Below, piece by piece: positions 24,548 through 38,378 of a stretch of DNA of 64,000 bases. A program made the translations under genes and the position numbers. This DNA comes from Camelus ferus (lineage: Eukaryota). The stretch is taken from contig NC_045697.1 in NCBI RefSeq assembly GCF_009834535.1, positions 56,794,001 to 56,858,000 on the forward strand, written 5' to 3'. How positions within the stretch are numbered: the stretch's first letter is position 1; each line of letters opens with the position of its first letter. Under the pieces are notes generated by a model that saw nothing but the letters and a program-made list of their open reading frames with translations, had not been told where the DNA came from and did no database searches.

Positions 24548-25289
24548 TGTAACACTATAGCAATTCAAGTGAGCCAGGCATCAGAAAAAATTCTTAACAG
24601 ATGAATGTCTCAAATAACCTTATATTTATTTCTGAAAATTGGAGAAGGAAATAATTTTAACTTTATATAATTTATACATTTCCCCTCATAAGTTGTAACT
24701 TCTGTAAATACCCCCATGATATTACTGATTAAATTAAAAATCAGCAAACAAGTACAGATATACATACGCAAAAAAATACTCTAATATGGGAATTATTTCT
24801 AGATGTCTTGAATAACCTTCTTAGAAAAAGAGTTGAAATGTCAGATAGAATATAAAAATCTTAAGTGTATCTCAGGGCTAAAGTCACAGTAAATATTTCA
24901 CCTTGGCCAAAAATTTAAAGGAAGAGATTGAAAGATAATAAAGTGCAAAATTTCCTTTAACCCTGAAGATTCATTATAAGTTCTGGAGGCCCTAATTTTC
25001 ACATTCTATCATGAATAGGTGGTGAGTTCTGTCAAATGTTTTTCTTTGCACAGTGTGCCTACTGAAGGATTAAATACTTTTTGTTCTACTAATACGGTGT
25101 TTTGCATTAATATATTTTCAAATACCAAACCAACATTGCATTACTGGAAAAAATCCCTCTTGGTCATGGTGTATAATATTTTTTATATATTTCTGGATTC
25201 ATTTTGCTGTTTTTTTGTAAACATTTTTTGTCTATGTTCATGAGGATGTTTATGCTGTAGTTTCCTTTCTGTATGTTATCTACCTATAT

Positions 25290-25615
25290 ATCGTGGTAGT
25301 ACAAAAGACTACTGGGTCAGCGACAAAAATATATTACCATGGCAAGTGGTTTATGTTTGTATCAATTCCCATTGCCCTCTAAGTCCTATGGAGACAAAGA
25401 CGAGCCAGGTTCAGGTGGATGGCTGTCATGGGCACGGTGGGCTTGTATTACAGCTGAGGTACCCTATGCTTAGGAAATCTCCTGTCGTATAAGAGGATTC
25501 TAGCAAACCTGCCCAATCTCTTCTCAGAGGCTGATATTGTCTTATTATCCAGCAAAAAAATTGCCCTCTATGCCAGAGGCTGAAACTATCTCTATCTCCC
25601 AAGGAGATTAAAAAT
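25290..25615 (-). mobile_element. ERVL-class LTR fragment (MER54/MER73/MER74-like)
   Basis: Minus strand 'ccttgggagatagagatagtttcagcctctgg..agggca..gataataagacaatatc..gggcaggtttgct'. Shares motifs with the LTR at 42050. Confidence 0.6.
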
Positions 25616-27319
25616 AAAAAAGCTTCTGCACTTTGGCTGTCTCATTCCCCCAATCCTTGTTAAACTTCTGGCTGATTTTCTGGTCAATGGCTTGCCCTAG
25701 TCAGTATCAAGACATCAGACAAGCAGTGATGTTGGCTTTCTCTCATTATTTGCCACAGAGGTCCTGTGGGATCTTACCAAAACAAAATTTGTCTCTGTTC
25801 TCCACTTTCCCTTTTTTACTGAAGGCTTCTTTACATATGCCATTGTCATTTTTGCTCATATTTAAGTAGTTGTTGTAAGATCACTTGAATTAAAAAAAAA
25901 ACACAGTCTCAGGTGTGTACTTACCAGGCCCAGTTCTATGAAATACTCAATATCCTAAACATTATTTACAGCAAAATCTCCTTCCTTTTCCAGATCAAGG
26001 ATGGCTCCACTAGGGGTTATTCAACGTTTAGCTCATCCTACCCCATCTTGCAGTTAATGGCCCCTCAGGCCATCAAAGAAAAGACAAAAGGAACATGGGA
26101 ACAGAAATTTATTTGACTTAAGTTAATCTAAAGTGGTTTCACATTTTCTATCTGATTGCTAGTTGTTTTATAAAAAGCTACCATGTTCTCTTGTGTATGA
26201 GTGCATTCTATTCTTCCTTGCTGGGTCTACCTGACAGTGAATTTTGTCACAAAGAAAGTACCTTTCCTTCAGCTGGCCACCCCAACTTCCAGCTAGTCAT
26301 TTGAGTCTCCAATAGATCACCTCACATAGTCTCTCTGTATTGGGTTTCCTACCCACTTTGGCAAGAGAACTTCTGGGTGAACCTCTTAAGATGACTTCAG
26401 GTTGCCTTTTCTAACCCAGACTCTATCCCTGACCTGAAAATTTTCACTATGCAAATGCTCTCTGACAGACACACGAGTTTCCTTCAGAAAAAATTCCAAC
26501 TTTCTTAAATGATTCCTCAACACCACTCTCAAAGTGAGCACAAATTATTTACTTTTCATTTTATACTTTTCTTTCATAATAATCTTATTAACATGATAAA
26601 TGTTCTAATTACAATAGGAAATTTAAGGTGGTAAGATATGTACATACCTAGAGTCATTGTTACTTCTGGATCTGTATTAAGATATCCTTAAGTTCTCTTA
26701 GATAGAATCAAAGCCTTTTTTATCTTTGGGTTTCCAATAGTGCCGGCAATGTGACTTTCATGTTTCTAACATTCAATAAAACTATTGAGGAATAAATTAA
26801 AAATTTAGTTATATTGTAAATCATTTATTTCGTGAAACAATCATGTCCATATCATCATTTAATTTCTCCTACATAGTAAAGAAATTATCCTATTTATTGC
26901 TTACTTAACATATTAAACTACTGAGTTATGGAGAATTTCAAAGTTGTCAAAGCAAAATTAAAGGTTTCAAATATCTCTGATATTCAAACAGATATGTAGT
27001 AATGATTAAAAACAAGGTTTGTGCCAAATGTTTATAAAAGTAGTATAAATGTAGCTATTTACTCACTATGGCTTTGCCAAGTTGTTTCTAAGCATTCTAA
27101 GCATTAATTTCCTCATTTGTAATATGTACTTAATATTAATGCCTCCGTTATGGCATTTTTTTCCCAGAATTCAGTGAAATGCATACATGAAATTATCATA
27201 TCTGTTACATTGTAAGCTCTCAGAACATATTATTAATATTATTAATCCCTGTTTCAACAAGACATTTGCAAATGTGAAGATGATTGGTACAACGATCTTA
27301 CTCTATTTCTTTATCAGTA

Positions 27320-27640
27320 TAATAACGATTGGGCTACTTTCTGTTGCTGGAATGAAAACTGCAACCCAGATTAGTTTAAGCCAAGAAAAAAGAATCTATT
27401 GTCTCACACAACTTAACAGTATAGGTATCTCTTTACGTTCAAGTGCAATCTAGGGCTCAAACATATCACCAGGACTAAAATGATCTCTTGTCACTACTTT
27501 GTTCCATTTCTTCAATCTTTGGTCAGTTCTTGATCCAGACATGGGCATGATGACTTTGAGTCAAATCCCCACATTCCTTCCCATTAAGATCTAGAAGGAA
27601 GAGAGTAAGGGTATTTTTTCCAGCTTTCACAGGAAAAAAC
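27320..27640 (-). mobile_element. Old LTR fragment (LTR33/MLT1J-K-like)
   Basis: 'ctttctgttgctggaatgaaaactgcaacccagattagtttaagccaagaaaaaagaatctattgtctcac'. Confidence 0.5.
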
Positions 27641-29539
27641 AACATATTGCAAAATGTTGCAAGGCTCCCACTCGGTCAAGGGACTATTATTTTACCATTT
27701 TGTAAGGTCAGGGGAGATTTCATAAACCATTTGACTCAGAGAAGAATCATAATTTTTTTTCCCCTAAGTCAAAGTTTTGGGTCTTACTTAAACTTTCAGC
27801 TACAAGAACAGGTAAAATAAATGTCAAAATAAATTTTAACAGAAATATTCAGTTTGCATTCTGACTATGTCATCACCTAAAGCCCACACACTCAAGTATT
27901 TAAATATTTCAAATTGGTGAGACTATCTCATGTGTGAAATTCCTCATAGAATTATTATTTTACTTTTTTATTACAATTTTAAACAAAAAATCAAGCTATG
28001 CTTAAATTTAAATTAAACTGTATTATTTTACACCTGTTTTTATTGTCTCACCTTTTTCTTTCTAAACTGAAACATAAAAACAAATACTGCAATTTTGTGC
28101 TTTTTTGGGATTCGGTCAAAATAATATCATTGACTCGGAAGAAAACTGTAAGTCGAAACATATACTTATATATAATATTGTTGATGAAAAATATCTAAAT
28201 TTCAGTTCAAATAAATACTTCTTGGCACTAGGGATTTGGTAGGGAAAAAAAAAGGAGACAAGTTTTCTACTCCAAATAACCTGACCTGCAAGTGATTAGG
28301 AGTGTGAGATAAAATAAAATGTACAAACAAAAAAGGAAGGTAATTTAAGAAAATAATGTGATAAAGAATGATAAGAGGTTCATTATACAAGAAAATTCAA
28401 GAACAATTCTAGGACTTGAATGACCCTAATCAGATACATATAAAAATCTGGAAGTTGGTGGTGGGTTGGCGGTGGGCAGTTTTACCCCTCAACAGAGAGC
28501 ACTGTGCATACAAAGTCTCTGTGATACCATGCTTGAGAAGAAGAAATCAAGATATGTGTCATCTAAAAGAGTAGAGCATGGTTATTCAATGAGGTGGTGA
28601 AGAACCTAATTGTGAAAGCACACAGTATAATCAAAGTGAAATATATTTTATTTTGGCAATGGAAAACATTCAAACAAATTTATCATGAGACTGCTTTGAT
28701 GTATATATGACATATATTTTTCATCTTCAACTGAGAGAAGTAAATCATGGGGATGGATATTCTGCTGACTGCTCTACTCCTTGGGCATATAAACTCACAT
28801 TAGATAAAATCAAGCTCAAAACTGCCAATGCTCATTGATTAAAATATATGGAGAGAATGTTTTTCAGGGTTTGTAAATTACTGAAAAAATAACTTAGAAG
28901 ATCTGCTTAGGTAGTGGAGATTGCTGAATCAAGATAGCTTTCCTGACATTCTTAAAGGAAAAATGGAAAAATTAATTGAGGTCCATAAAGAAACATTGAT
29001 TATAGAAAAATTAGAGTAAATTACAGATATGGGAGGTACATTGTGAATGATATAACAGCTTTTTTAAAGTGTAATTTGTACCTAATGAATTTTCACTCTT
29101 TGTGCTGATTTAAGAACCTAATATCCTCTAAAAATGCAACTTCAGGGTAATAATTTTATACACAATATTGGAATTGAACTCTTTATATATTAATTATGGC
29201 TGATTTCACAATGGACTGCATTAAAGCAATACATTTAGGCACCACCATACTCAAAAGTATGAATTACTAAACAGACTCTGTCAATAGTGGCTGGAGTCCA
29301 TCTTTACGGATCAGATAGTGTAGTTTAAATACGTAAAGAAAGATTTCTTTGGAGATGGTTTATAAAATTCGGTGGCTTCCTTAACATCTTTTGTTTCCAT
29401 GATGAGGATATATCTCCTTTAAATCAAACCAAGGAAAAAATATTAATCTAAGGTACCTCTTGGAAAATTTTATAATTTACCCCAGATATTAAGAGGGGTT
29501 TAGAGACTAGTATTAATAAAGGGTCCAAAACGATTAAGA

Positions 29540-30290
29540 GTGAAAGACTGTGGCTTAGCTGCCTAGCCTGGCACTTGGAGAACTATATTTCCACTGAAAA
29601 TTGGGTGAAGATGCAGCTTTCTGAAGTTCATTTTCTTTTTAGAAAAGCAACCTGTCCAGAAGGGCTTCCCATCAGGAGGTGATTGGCAATCCACTATCAG
29701 TTGTAAAGGCTGAGGGGGTTGTTTAAATAAGTCAGCTCAAGGGCAGAATTACCTAGATCATAAAAGCTACCTCTAGAGCAGCCAGAGGGGCTCACTCAGA
29801 AGAACCCATGAATTACTCTAAAGGGAAAAGAATTAATGTTGAGAGTCTGCCTTACCCAGAAGGCGACCATGCTGCGTGACATACAGATTGCTAAACTGCA
29901 TAGCAATTAAGTTCTTTCCTATCTTTTACCTTCTCTTCTCCCCACCCCAGAGGAGCCAGAAACAGACTCTGATGTTACAGTAAAGGAGAAGCATGCACCT
30001 GCTAGGAAAATAAAGAAGTTGTCCACGTGGACATCTATCACAACTGGTTTTCCAGCCTAAAGCAGGCCAAGGCAGGGGGACAAAGAAAGCCATATACTAG
30101 ATCAGTACATAGAATTATGTCATGAAGATGGTGCAGCAAACAATTTAATTAAAGAAATGAGACTGTTCTTAGCAATCACAATGGTCATAGGACTTTCTCT
30201 ATGTGAGAGGCAAAAAAAATTGTAGATTCTCAAAGCAATAGGGAAAAAAAATGGCCCTCAGAGCAGATTTGAAGCAACAACGAATCAAGA
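29540..30290 (+). mobile_element. Ancient LTR-like element (MamGypLTR-like)
   Basis: 'cccaccccagaggagccag...ttttccagcctaaagcaggccaaggcaggggg' recalls MamGypLTR1; very diverged. Confidence 0.4.
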
Positions 30291-31189
30291 TTTGAGTTGG
30301 TATTTCTAATTTCCCATTTGTACCTCATTTATTACCATAAATATATATATGTATACATATACATAATGTACATATATGTGTTTTCTCATTCACTAGTATG
30401 TTATATTTTCATAGCTCATGCCAAAACTTGCCTCAGTGCTATACTTGCTGAAGTAAATTTAAGTAAGTAAACTGTCAAGAACTGAACAAGTGCACAGAAA
30501 TACTGTTGCATGAGGGAGGCAGAGTGATTCGAAGTTGATGTTGCCATACTAGGTTGTCATTACTGGTGATGACAAGCTCTATTAAAGTGGTCTTCTAGGA
30601 CAATATGCAGGATAAACTGAATGCAGAGAACAAGCTGGAAGAACGCTAAGAGGTTCCTATAGCTGTCTATGTAATAAATATTTTAAAATTAGAATGTAGA
30701 GAAATATTTTTGAAATAATAACAATTTTATGAGGTAGAATATAGAATGTACAAGAAATAAAAATTGAAAGATGACTCAAATCTTTGAGCCTAAGAAATCA
30801 GAACAGTTTAGTTCTAATGACAGGAGAACTGATAAAAGGAGTTGAGATGATGAGATTATTGTTAAATACAAATAACAATTTTAAACTAAAATCCTGGTTG
30901 TGTATTCCTTTTAAGCATTTACTCTTTTTCATTCTGCTCAATGGCTATCCTAGGTTAAGTATATAGAAAAATATGTCTTGAAAGTGATAGAGAGAGGACA
31001 GTAGGCTCTTTGTTAATTTTTTATGTAATTTCCCCGTCTTTGTTGAATTTGCTGAGTAATGTGGCCAATGAACATTCTGTGTATAATACCTGAATTAAGT
31101 TGATTAAGTTAATATAAGTTGCATTATCACATTTTTTACCCAATCACTGGGCATCAGAGCAGGCATTTTAAAATATGTTTTATTTAGTG

Positions 31190-32315
31190 ATACTTCTTTA
31201 AAATAAACTTGATGCATTTGAAAGTTTAGACTCTGATAAGTTTTGATCTAATATGTCAAAATCACAAAATCACAGCTACAATCAAGGTATGGAATGTTTC
31301 CATCACTTCCCCCAGCGCCTTCATGCCTCTTTATAGTCCCTTCTCTCCCTCCCCTTGCTGGCTCCAGACAAATATGTATCTGATTTTTACTATTGCATAT
31401 TAGTTTGCATTTTTTGAATTCTAAAAAAATGGAATTATGTGTTATATAGTCTTTGTTTCTGGAATATTTTACTCCATATAATAATTTTAGATTAACCAAT
31501 GCTGTTGCATAGACCAACCGTTTGTTGTGTTATTGCTTTGTTCTTTTTAAATTACTAAATAGTATTTCACTATATGGATATATTACAAGTTTTTAATCTT
31601 TTCATCATTATTGGATAATTAAATTGTCTTCAGAATTTGTTTTCCTAAAAGAAGATATGTTATACTTTCATGTTCAAATTTTTTGGTGGATGTATGCTTT
31701 CAGTTATTTTGGCTAAATAAGAGGAGTGGAATAATTGGCTTGGATTTTAGGTAAATTTTTAATTTTATAAGAATGTGCCAAATCTTTTCCCAAAATAGTT
31801 GTATTGTTTTGCGTGTACAACAGTGGTGTATTGGAGTTTGTTTTTCTACAGCTTTGTTATTTTAATGGTTGTTTTCTGGTATTTAATTGTCATTTTAATT
31901 TTCATTTGTTTGATAGCTAATGATGTTGAGCATTTCTGATGTGATTATTGGCCATTTATTTATATTCTCCTTCGAATTATCTGTTCAAAATTTTGCCAAT
32001 TATTAAGTTTTATTTGTATTATTATTAAGTTTCAAGAGTCATTCACATACTGTATATATATTTCTTATCAGGTATACCATTTACAAATAAATTTTCCCAT
32101 TCTGTGGCTTATACTTTTTTTTCTCAAAATGTCTTTTGCTGAAACAATGTTTTTTAATTTTATGAAGGCAATTTATCAGGATTTGCTTTCATTTTTAAAT
32201 AATGTTTGCTTTTTATAAAACGAATATTTACCAATGGTGATATCAAGAGACTATACTAAGTTATCTTCTATGAGTTTCACAGCTTTAGTTTTTACACTTG
32301 TATCAGTGATTCATG
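31190..32315 (-). mobile_element. LINE-1 3' portion (L1MB/MC-like)
   Basis: 'caatcaaggtatggaatgtttccatcacttcc', 'tagtatttcactatatggatata', 'ctaatgatgttgagcatttc', 'ttttcccattctgtggctt'. Confidence 0.85.
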
Positions 32316-32569
32316 ACACTAAATTCCCATCTCACGCCTAACACTGAGCATCTTCCTTGTATGCATTAACTGCTAGAAATTTGATTAGAATTCACTAATA
32401 TTTCTGGAACTCAGTCATTATGGATAACTACATTTGACTATTTTCTGCTGCTTTCCTTCCATAATTTGACTTTTAATTTTCAGATATTTTGCTGCCCATA
32501 CTAGGGCATAGTACAAAAAAAAAACTCAGCTGACTGTATTTGAGATGGGAAACCTACAGAGTCATAATG

Positions 32570-33085
32570 TTATTTTGAGTGGACTTTTTTTTTGGTGTCA
32601 CTTTTACATTTTAACCTATTTATTATGTCTTTCCGTGGCAGCCATGAACTTGCAGTGCTCAGATGCCTGCTATGGAGCACAGACGACTGGTAGCTCCTGT
32701 CCCTCTAAATCCATGACAGTCACCCTAAGCCTGCATACTCCGTGGGGTATTCCCAGCCAGTAGTTTAGCACAGCCACCTTAGTAGTGGCAGTTCATTCAA
32801 ATAGACCATGAAACTTGAATAATGGGTAACTTTGGTTCTGGTCTCTGCATTAGTTTAGCTACAATTTTCAGAATGTGTGCTGAAGTCTGAGAATCTTTCT
32901 ACCCAATTCTCATTCCTTCAGCCTCTCCAATTAGAGATGTCATACCTGCATTAGAATCTGAAAGCTATCCTTCCCACTCCTTCTCTCTAATCTTTGTTCT
33001 CCACAGAAGTTTCCTACAATAAATGTCTTGCAATCCAATCCCATCTTGGCATCTGTTTCTTAGAGGACCCAAACCAAAGCTCTGC
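32570..33085 (+). mobile_element. ERVL LTR (LTR16-like)
   Basis: 3' end 'caataaatgtcttgcaatccaatcccatcttggcatctgtttcttagaggacccaaac'. Confidence 0.6.
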
Positions 33086-34249
33086 TATTGAAGGAAAGTG
33101 TGTGTGTTACCTGTGTGTATGTGGGTGTTAGTGGTACTGCAGTTAAAATGCATACCATGCATGGAAAAAAAACACTGTTCCTTTGACAGGTTGGCCATAT
33201 AAAATCGTTGCTAAATAAAATTAAACTTACACTAATATATTTCAGTCATTTATAACATTCCAAATCTTTTTCTAAAAAGGTCAAAATAAGGAAACAGAAA
33301 TTAGTAGGAGAGATAAAAATAAATTCCAAAAGAAAGTGAAGCCAAACCACTAATTTAACCTTTTATTTCTTTCCAACATTTTTATCATGTCCTAAATAAT
33401 AAAAGATGTCCTAAATAATAAAAATACTATTAATTGGATGACTCTTGACATTGTTGTCTACATGCTTTTGAAAACTTTAGTTGGATAATGATGGTCAACA
33501 ATAAGATCAAAATATCTCTTCCACATATTGATTATCTGGGTAATGTGTGCAGCTTCAAATAATACCATGTATTCTAGAGATACATGTACTTTCTACATGA
33601 ACTTAAGAAGGCCAGTATCACTTCAGCTTCCTTTCTAAGACCAATTACTTCCTCAAACTTTGAAATGTTCCTTTTTGTTAAATATTTTGTTTTCTATTCT
33701 ATAGTAAATCCCTGCTGGAATCAAATTACTTATTGCTCTTTACTAAATAGAGTTGTTTTATATTCTTTAATTTTTCCTTTAGGGTTTTCATCAAAATTGC
33801 ACTTTCCCCTTAATAAAATTAGACTGTAAAATAAAATAAATTTCAATAGGCATAACTTACTGCTTAAGGAGGTGAGGTTATCAAAGAATAAAAAATTTTT
33901 ATGATACTTGCTTATTTTCTTTTATGCTTATATTTGTTATATGAAGCATTATTAGAAAATAATAATGTGATTATGTACAAGAAATAATTGAAAACACTGG
34001 AAATATTTGTTGATAATTCCAGTTCCCCAAATATTCTTCTATTCTTTGTTTTGTTCATGCTGATATAGTTCCTTGAAATTTCTTACCTATCTTCTCTATC
34101 TGAAAAAAGCAAAACAAACAAAACCCCCCCCAGCCAATCCTCTGTGGCTGGTCTTACTGTCCAGGATGACCACAAACTACTTGTCTCATTCCACAGGCTA
34201 TTCTTACAATGAGATATTATGCTCGTTTTATCTATTGGCAGATATATTG

Positions 34250-34633
34250 CTTCCACTGGCATCTGGGCAAACCTGTACCTACAACTGAAGTATATTATGT
34301 AACTTCCAAGGTCATGTCATAAAGGGCAACACCATCTACCTGCCTGTCTCAAGATGCTCATTCTTGTGTCCCCACCCCTGTGATGCAGGTAGGCAAGAAC
34401 AGCTTGCAAACAATGTGAGGGAAGCATCTTCAAGGTGACTATCCCAGTTCCCAGTCAAGCCACCCCAACTCAGGCCATATGCAGCAGAGATAAGACTTGC
34501 CTGCTGAGTGCTTCCCAAATTGCAAGTTCAAGATCCCAATTGTTGATTATTGTTTTCATTGATAATTGTTAATTGTTGTTTCAAGGCACTAAGTATTGAG
34601 GTGCCTTATTATGCAGCAATATTACGTGGAACA
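34250..34633 (+). mobile_element. MaLR LTR (MLT1F/G/H-like)
   Basis: 'ttccaaggtcatgtcataaaagg', 'ttgttgtttcaaggcactaagtattgaggtgccttattatgcagcaata..tggaaca'. Confidence 0.65.
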
Positions 34634-34637
34634 TCAT

Positions 34638-34988
34638 TGGTTTAGTCTGTTCGGGCTGTTGTAACAAAACACTACAGACTGGATGCCTTATAAACAATAG
34701 AAGCTTATTTCTCCCAGTTCTAGGGGTGGGAAGTCCAAGATCAGGGCACCAGTATGTTTGGGTTCTGGTGAAGGTCCTCTTCCAGGTTGCAAACTGCTGG
34801 CTCCTTGCTATGTCCTCACAGGGTAGGCGGCCACGAATCTCTGGTCCTCTTTAAAAGGGATCCATTAATGAGAGCTCTGTCCTCATGACTCAATCACATC
34901 CCAAAGGCACCACCTCCTAATTTTATCATACAGTACATTAGGTTTTCAACATATGAATTTGAGGGGCACAAAAATTCCAAATATAGAA
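34638..34988 (-). mobile_element. MaLR solo LTR (MLT1A-like)
   Basis: 'ttagtctgttcgggctgttgtaacaaaacactacagactgg..gggaagtccaagatc..ttcaacatatgaatttgaggggcaca'. Confidence 0.88.
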
Positions 34989-35783
34989 ATCATCCTTCAA
35001 TATCCAACTCAAATTCTTTCTCCCCTGTGAACGTTTTTGTCAAATCTTCCAAACTCCAATAAGGCAGTGCTACTTTGTGTATTGAAACATTATTTTCACA
35101 TCTGGATCCTAATACTCATTAATATGCCTAGCTCTCTTACTATACTAACATGTTTTCCAAAGCATGTGTGATGACTTATGTAGTTGTGCCACTCTGGTGC
35201 ATAACTCAGTGCATAACACATGGGGATTTGTAAGAATGCATGTTAAATGAAAACTCTAAGAATATATTAATGAAAGTATAAATGATAGAAACATTGAATG
35301 ATTGAATAAATAGTTGTCTGACTCTGATTATCTTAATATATCTGAACGTTAAAATAATAAAAAAATTTTTCATTTGCCTTGCTTATTTATTGTTATATTT
35401 ACCTTTGCTTTACTGTGTGACCTTGGCCCGTTTTTATGCCTTCATGTCCTGACTAATACTAGAGTCTTAGAATTTAGAAAAAAGTTTGAAATGGCCTTAG
35501 TCCTCATCAAATTGTTTTCTAATTTAAGAAAAAAAATACAGATAATAATAATTTACTCAAGACTATATAGCTAATAAGCATAAAACCTAGATCCTTATTC
35601 TGAGCCAATATACTTCATTTTGCAACATTTCACTTCAACTCTCATATTTTATTGATAAGGAAACCATAACCCAGAGAAGTTCAATAATTTGCCCTAGATC
35701 ACAAAGATAATTAGTGGCAAAGCAAAACTAATTAGTGTTAGAAATCAGAATCTGGTCTCTAAATCACAAGCCAATATCTCATA

Positions 35784-36270
35784 CAGGTATACCTTGCTTT
35801 ATTGGGCTTTGCTTTATTGAGCTTCACAGATATTATATTACTTACAAATTGAAGGTTTGTAGCAACTCTGCATCCGACAAGTCTATAGGCACTGGTTTTT
35901 CTAACAGTGTTTGCTAACGTTGTGTCTCTGTGTCATATGTTTGTAATTCTCGAAATATTTCAAACTTTTTCACTATTATGTTTGTTACAGTGATCTGTGA
36001 TCAGTGATCTCTGATGTTACTAATACAACTCACTGATGGCTCAGATGATGGTTAGCAATTTTTTTCTTTTAGCAATAATGTATCTTTTAGGTATGCTCAT
36101 TGTCATTTTTAGACATAATACTATTACACACTTAAGAGACTACAGTATACTGTAAACATACCTTTTTATGTACTGGGAAACCAAAAAATTCATGCAACTC
36201 ACTTTATTGTGAGATTTGCTTTATTGAGATGATCTGGAAGTGAGCCTTCAATACCTCAGAGGTATGCCTG
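35784..36270 (+). mobile_element. Internally deleted Tigger1 DNA transposon (MITE-like, 487 bp)
   Basis: TIRs caggtatacct / aggtatgcctg, TA on both sides (35782-83 and 36271-72), and Tigger1 subterminal sequence 'acaaattgaaggtttgtagcaactctgc', 'atggctcagatgatggttagca'. Confidence 0.92.
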
Positions 36271-37609
36271 TACGTCCATGCATTCTGTGTGGTTGTGGAT
36301 AATAAATTGTTTCAAAATCTAAATCAAAAAAGTTCCTCAAATCTTGATATCTCAATATGATCTTAAATCTCATTTATTTTGAAACTTATAGTACTATTAT
36401 ATTTCGCCAGTACCATTTATTTCACTGGTCTTTGAAGCAATAGCAAGTCATATAATTTTTCTTGGGAATACGGTGCTTCATTGATTTATGAGACTAAATA
36501 TGTATATTTTCCCCGGAGTATAAGTAAAAAGACAAGCAATAAGTTTGTTCTCCAATTTGAATTTAAAAATTTACCTATATAAACTCATGAGGACTCATTT
36601 ATCATTAAAGTATAAATGTTATACACAGTATTAAATAACAAGGCTTGTTGCCATCAGTAATGTGCTTTAAATATCTTTGACTCTTTATTTACTTAACTAC
36701 TATTCAATGGATTTCATGTATCTATGTTATTCCCTAAATATTTTTGATAAATTTACCTATGCTTGCATAAGTTATATGTTCTGATTCATTTATTTCCCTG
36801 CTATTTCACTTTACTGTTCAGCATATGATACATAGAACACAACATCCAATTTTTGCTTTCCTATTTGGCTTTTATGCTACGAATTACATTTTGTGACATG
36901 TAAAATGTCTTGTAACCTTTGCAAGTTTTACTTGTGTTGGAAATTTATCATTATTCTCCCAGAAAGTATTTTATACTTACCCTATCAGATCGCTTTAACT
37001 GTTGTTCTGTGCACTTTCTATCCTATTAAACAAGAGTCATGGCCTTCTCTACACAGATATGATGAAATAATTTTTAAGCCTATGCATAATAAACCATGTT
37101 TTGCCCATCATCTTGATGTTAAATGAATTCTAAAAGTTTGAGAGGCTGCTTTGTGAAAATATTTGGACAAACAACCTTGAAACAATATGAAAAAAAATTT
37201 ATAAAACAAGAAAAACTAGTTTGAGTTTTATCATTCCAACAAGAAAAATGGTTTTAATTTTGAGTATGTTCTTTTCTGGTCCTTCTCCATAGCCATAACA
37301 ACATTTTATATAATGATCAAACTATACTTATTTTGAAGAAAATAAAATACAACATTAAATAGTTTGGAATTGTATTTTTATGTGACTGTTGTACAAAATC
37401 TTTTCCATATATTAATTCAGTAGATTTTAATATAAAAGGAAAAGATCTCTGACCAGCACTGATTGGTGGGATACCTATAGGAAGCAAAATGAAATTTAAA
37501 ATAATATGAAATAACACACAAAAGCCAATATGCTTTCCTGAGATAACTGTGGTCATGATCATACTTAGACAAATAACGAAATAGTATATATTGTCAGCAA
37601 AAATGAAAA

Positions 37610-37805
37610 CATATAATAGCCAAAAGCCATCTGTGTCTATTTAAATGTAATATTAAATTAATTGAAATTAAATAAATTTTAAAATTCAGTCACACAGGCT
37701 ATGTTTGAAGTGTTCAATAGCTTAATATGGCTAGTCATTGTACTGGAGAGTACAAATTATGTAATGTTTCCATCAGTGCAAAAAATTCTATTGAACAGAA
37801 GTGCT
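37610..37805. mobile_element. hAT-Charlie non-autonomous element (MER33/MER3-like)
   Basis: 'aaattaattgaaattaaataaattttaaaattcagt..tgtttgaagtgttcaatagc..atggctagt..tttccatcagtgcaaaaaattctattgaacag'. Confidence 0.75.
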
Positions 37806-38089
37806 GTTTAATATAAGATCCTGTGTAGATCTCTACATCTTAAAATAATTAATTAAATAATTAAAGCAATTTCTTAGAATATCAAGGTTCTGTATATAAC
37901 TCTTTTAAACCTTCTAACTTGCCAATTGAGCTCACAAGAGAAAATTGACTTGAGTACAATGATCTCACTACTATGTTAAGAATGAGTCCTGTCTACTTCA
38001 ACACTATCCTACATGTGTCATTTGTACTGTGACTATTGCAGAATAACTTTTAAGTTAACTAGAAAAATAAATTATCCATATCAACAACA

Positions 38090-38378
38090 ACATGATATTG
38101 CTTACATGTGGAGTCTTAAAAAAGGGACACAAATGAACTTATCTACAAAACAGAAACAGACTCACAGACATAGAAAACAAACTTAGGGTTACCAGAGGTT
38201 AGGAAGGGGTAATTTGGGAACTCAAAAATTGTGCTTCTTGGGGAGTGATAGAAATGTTAGCTATCTTGATTGTGGTTTCATGGATGTATACATCTATCAA
38301 AATTCATCAAATTGTGCACCTGAAATCTGTGTAGTTTACTATACAGAAACCATACCACAATAAAGGTCTAAAAAAAAA
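38090..38378 (+). mobile_element. LINE-1 3'-end fragment(s) with AATAAA and A tail
   Basis: 'aaatgaacttatctacaaaacagaaacagactcacagacatagaaaacaaact', then 'ggagtgatagaaatgttagctatcttgattgtgg..caataaaggtctaaaaaaaaa'. Confidence 0.85.

Noticed and set aside
25925..25954. Minus-strand 30-nt exon candidate (DIEYFIELGL)
   Set aside because: The donor is good but the polypyrimidine tract is poor; expected by chance in 64 kb.
29778..29796. Second CTCF-like motif (cagccagaggggctc)
   Set aside because: Several core mismatches and it lies inside a probable LTR relic.
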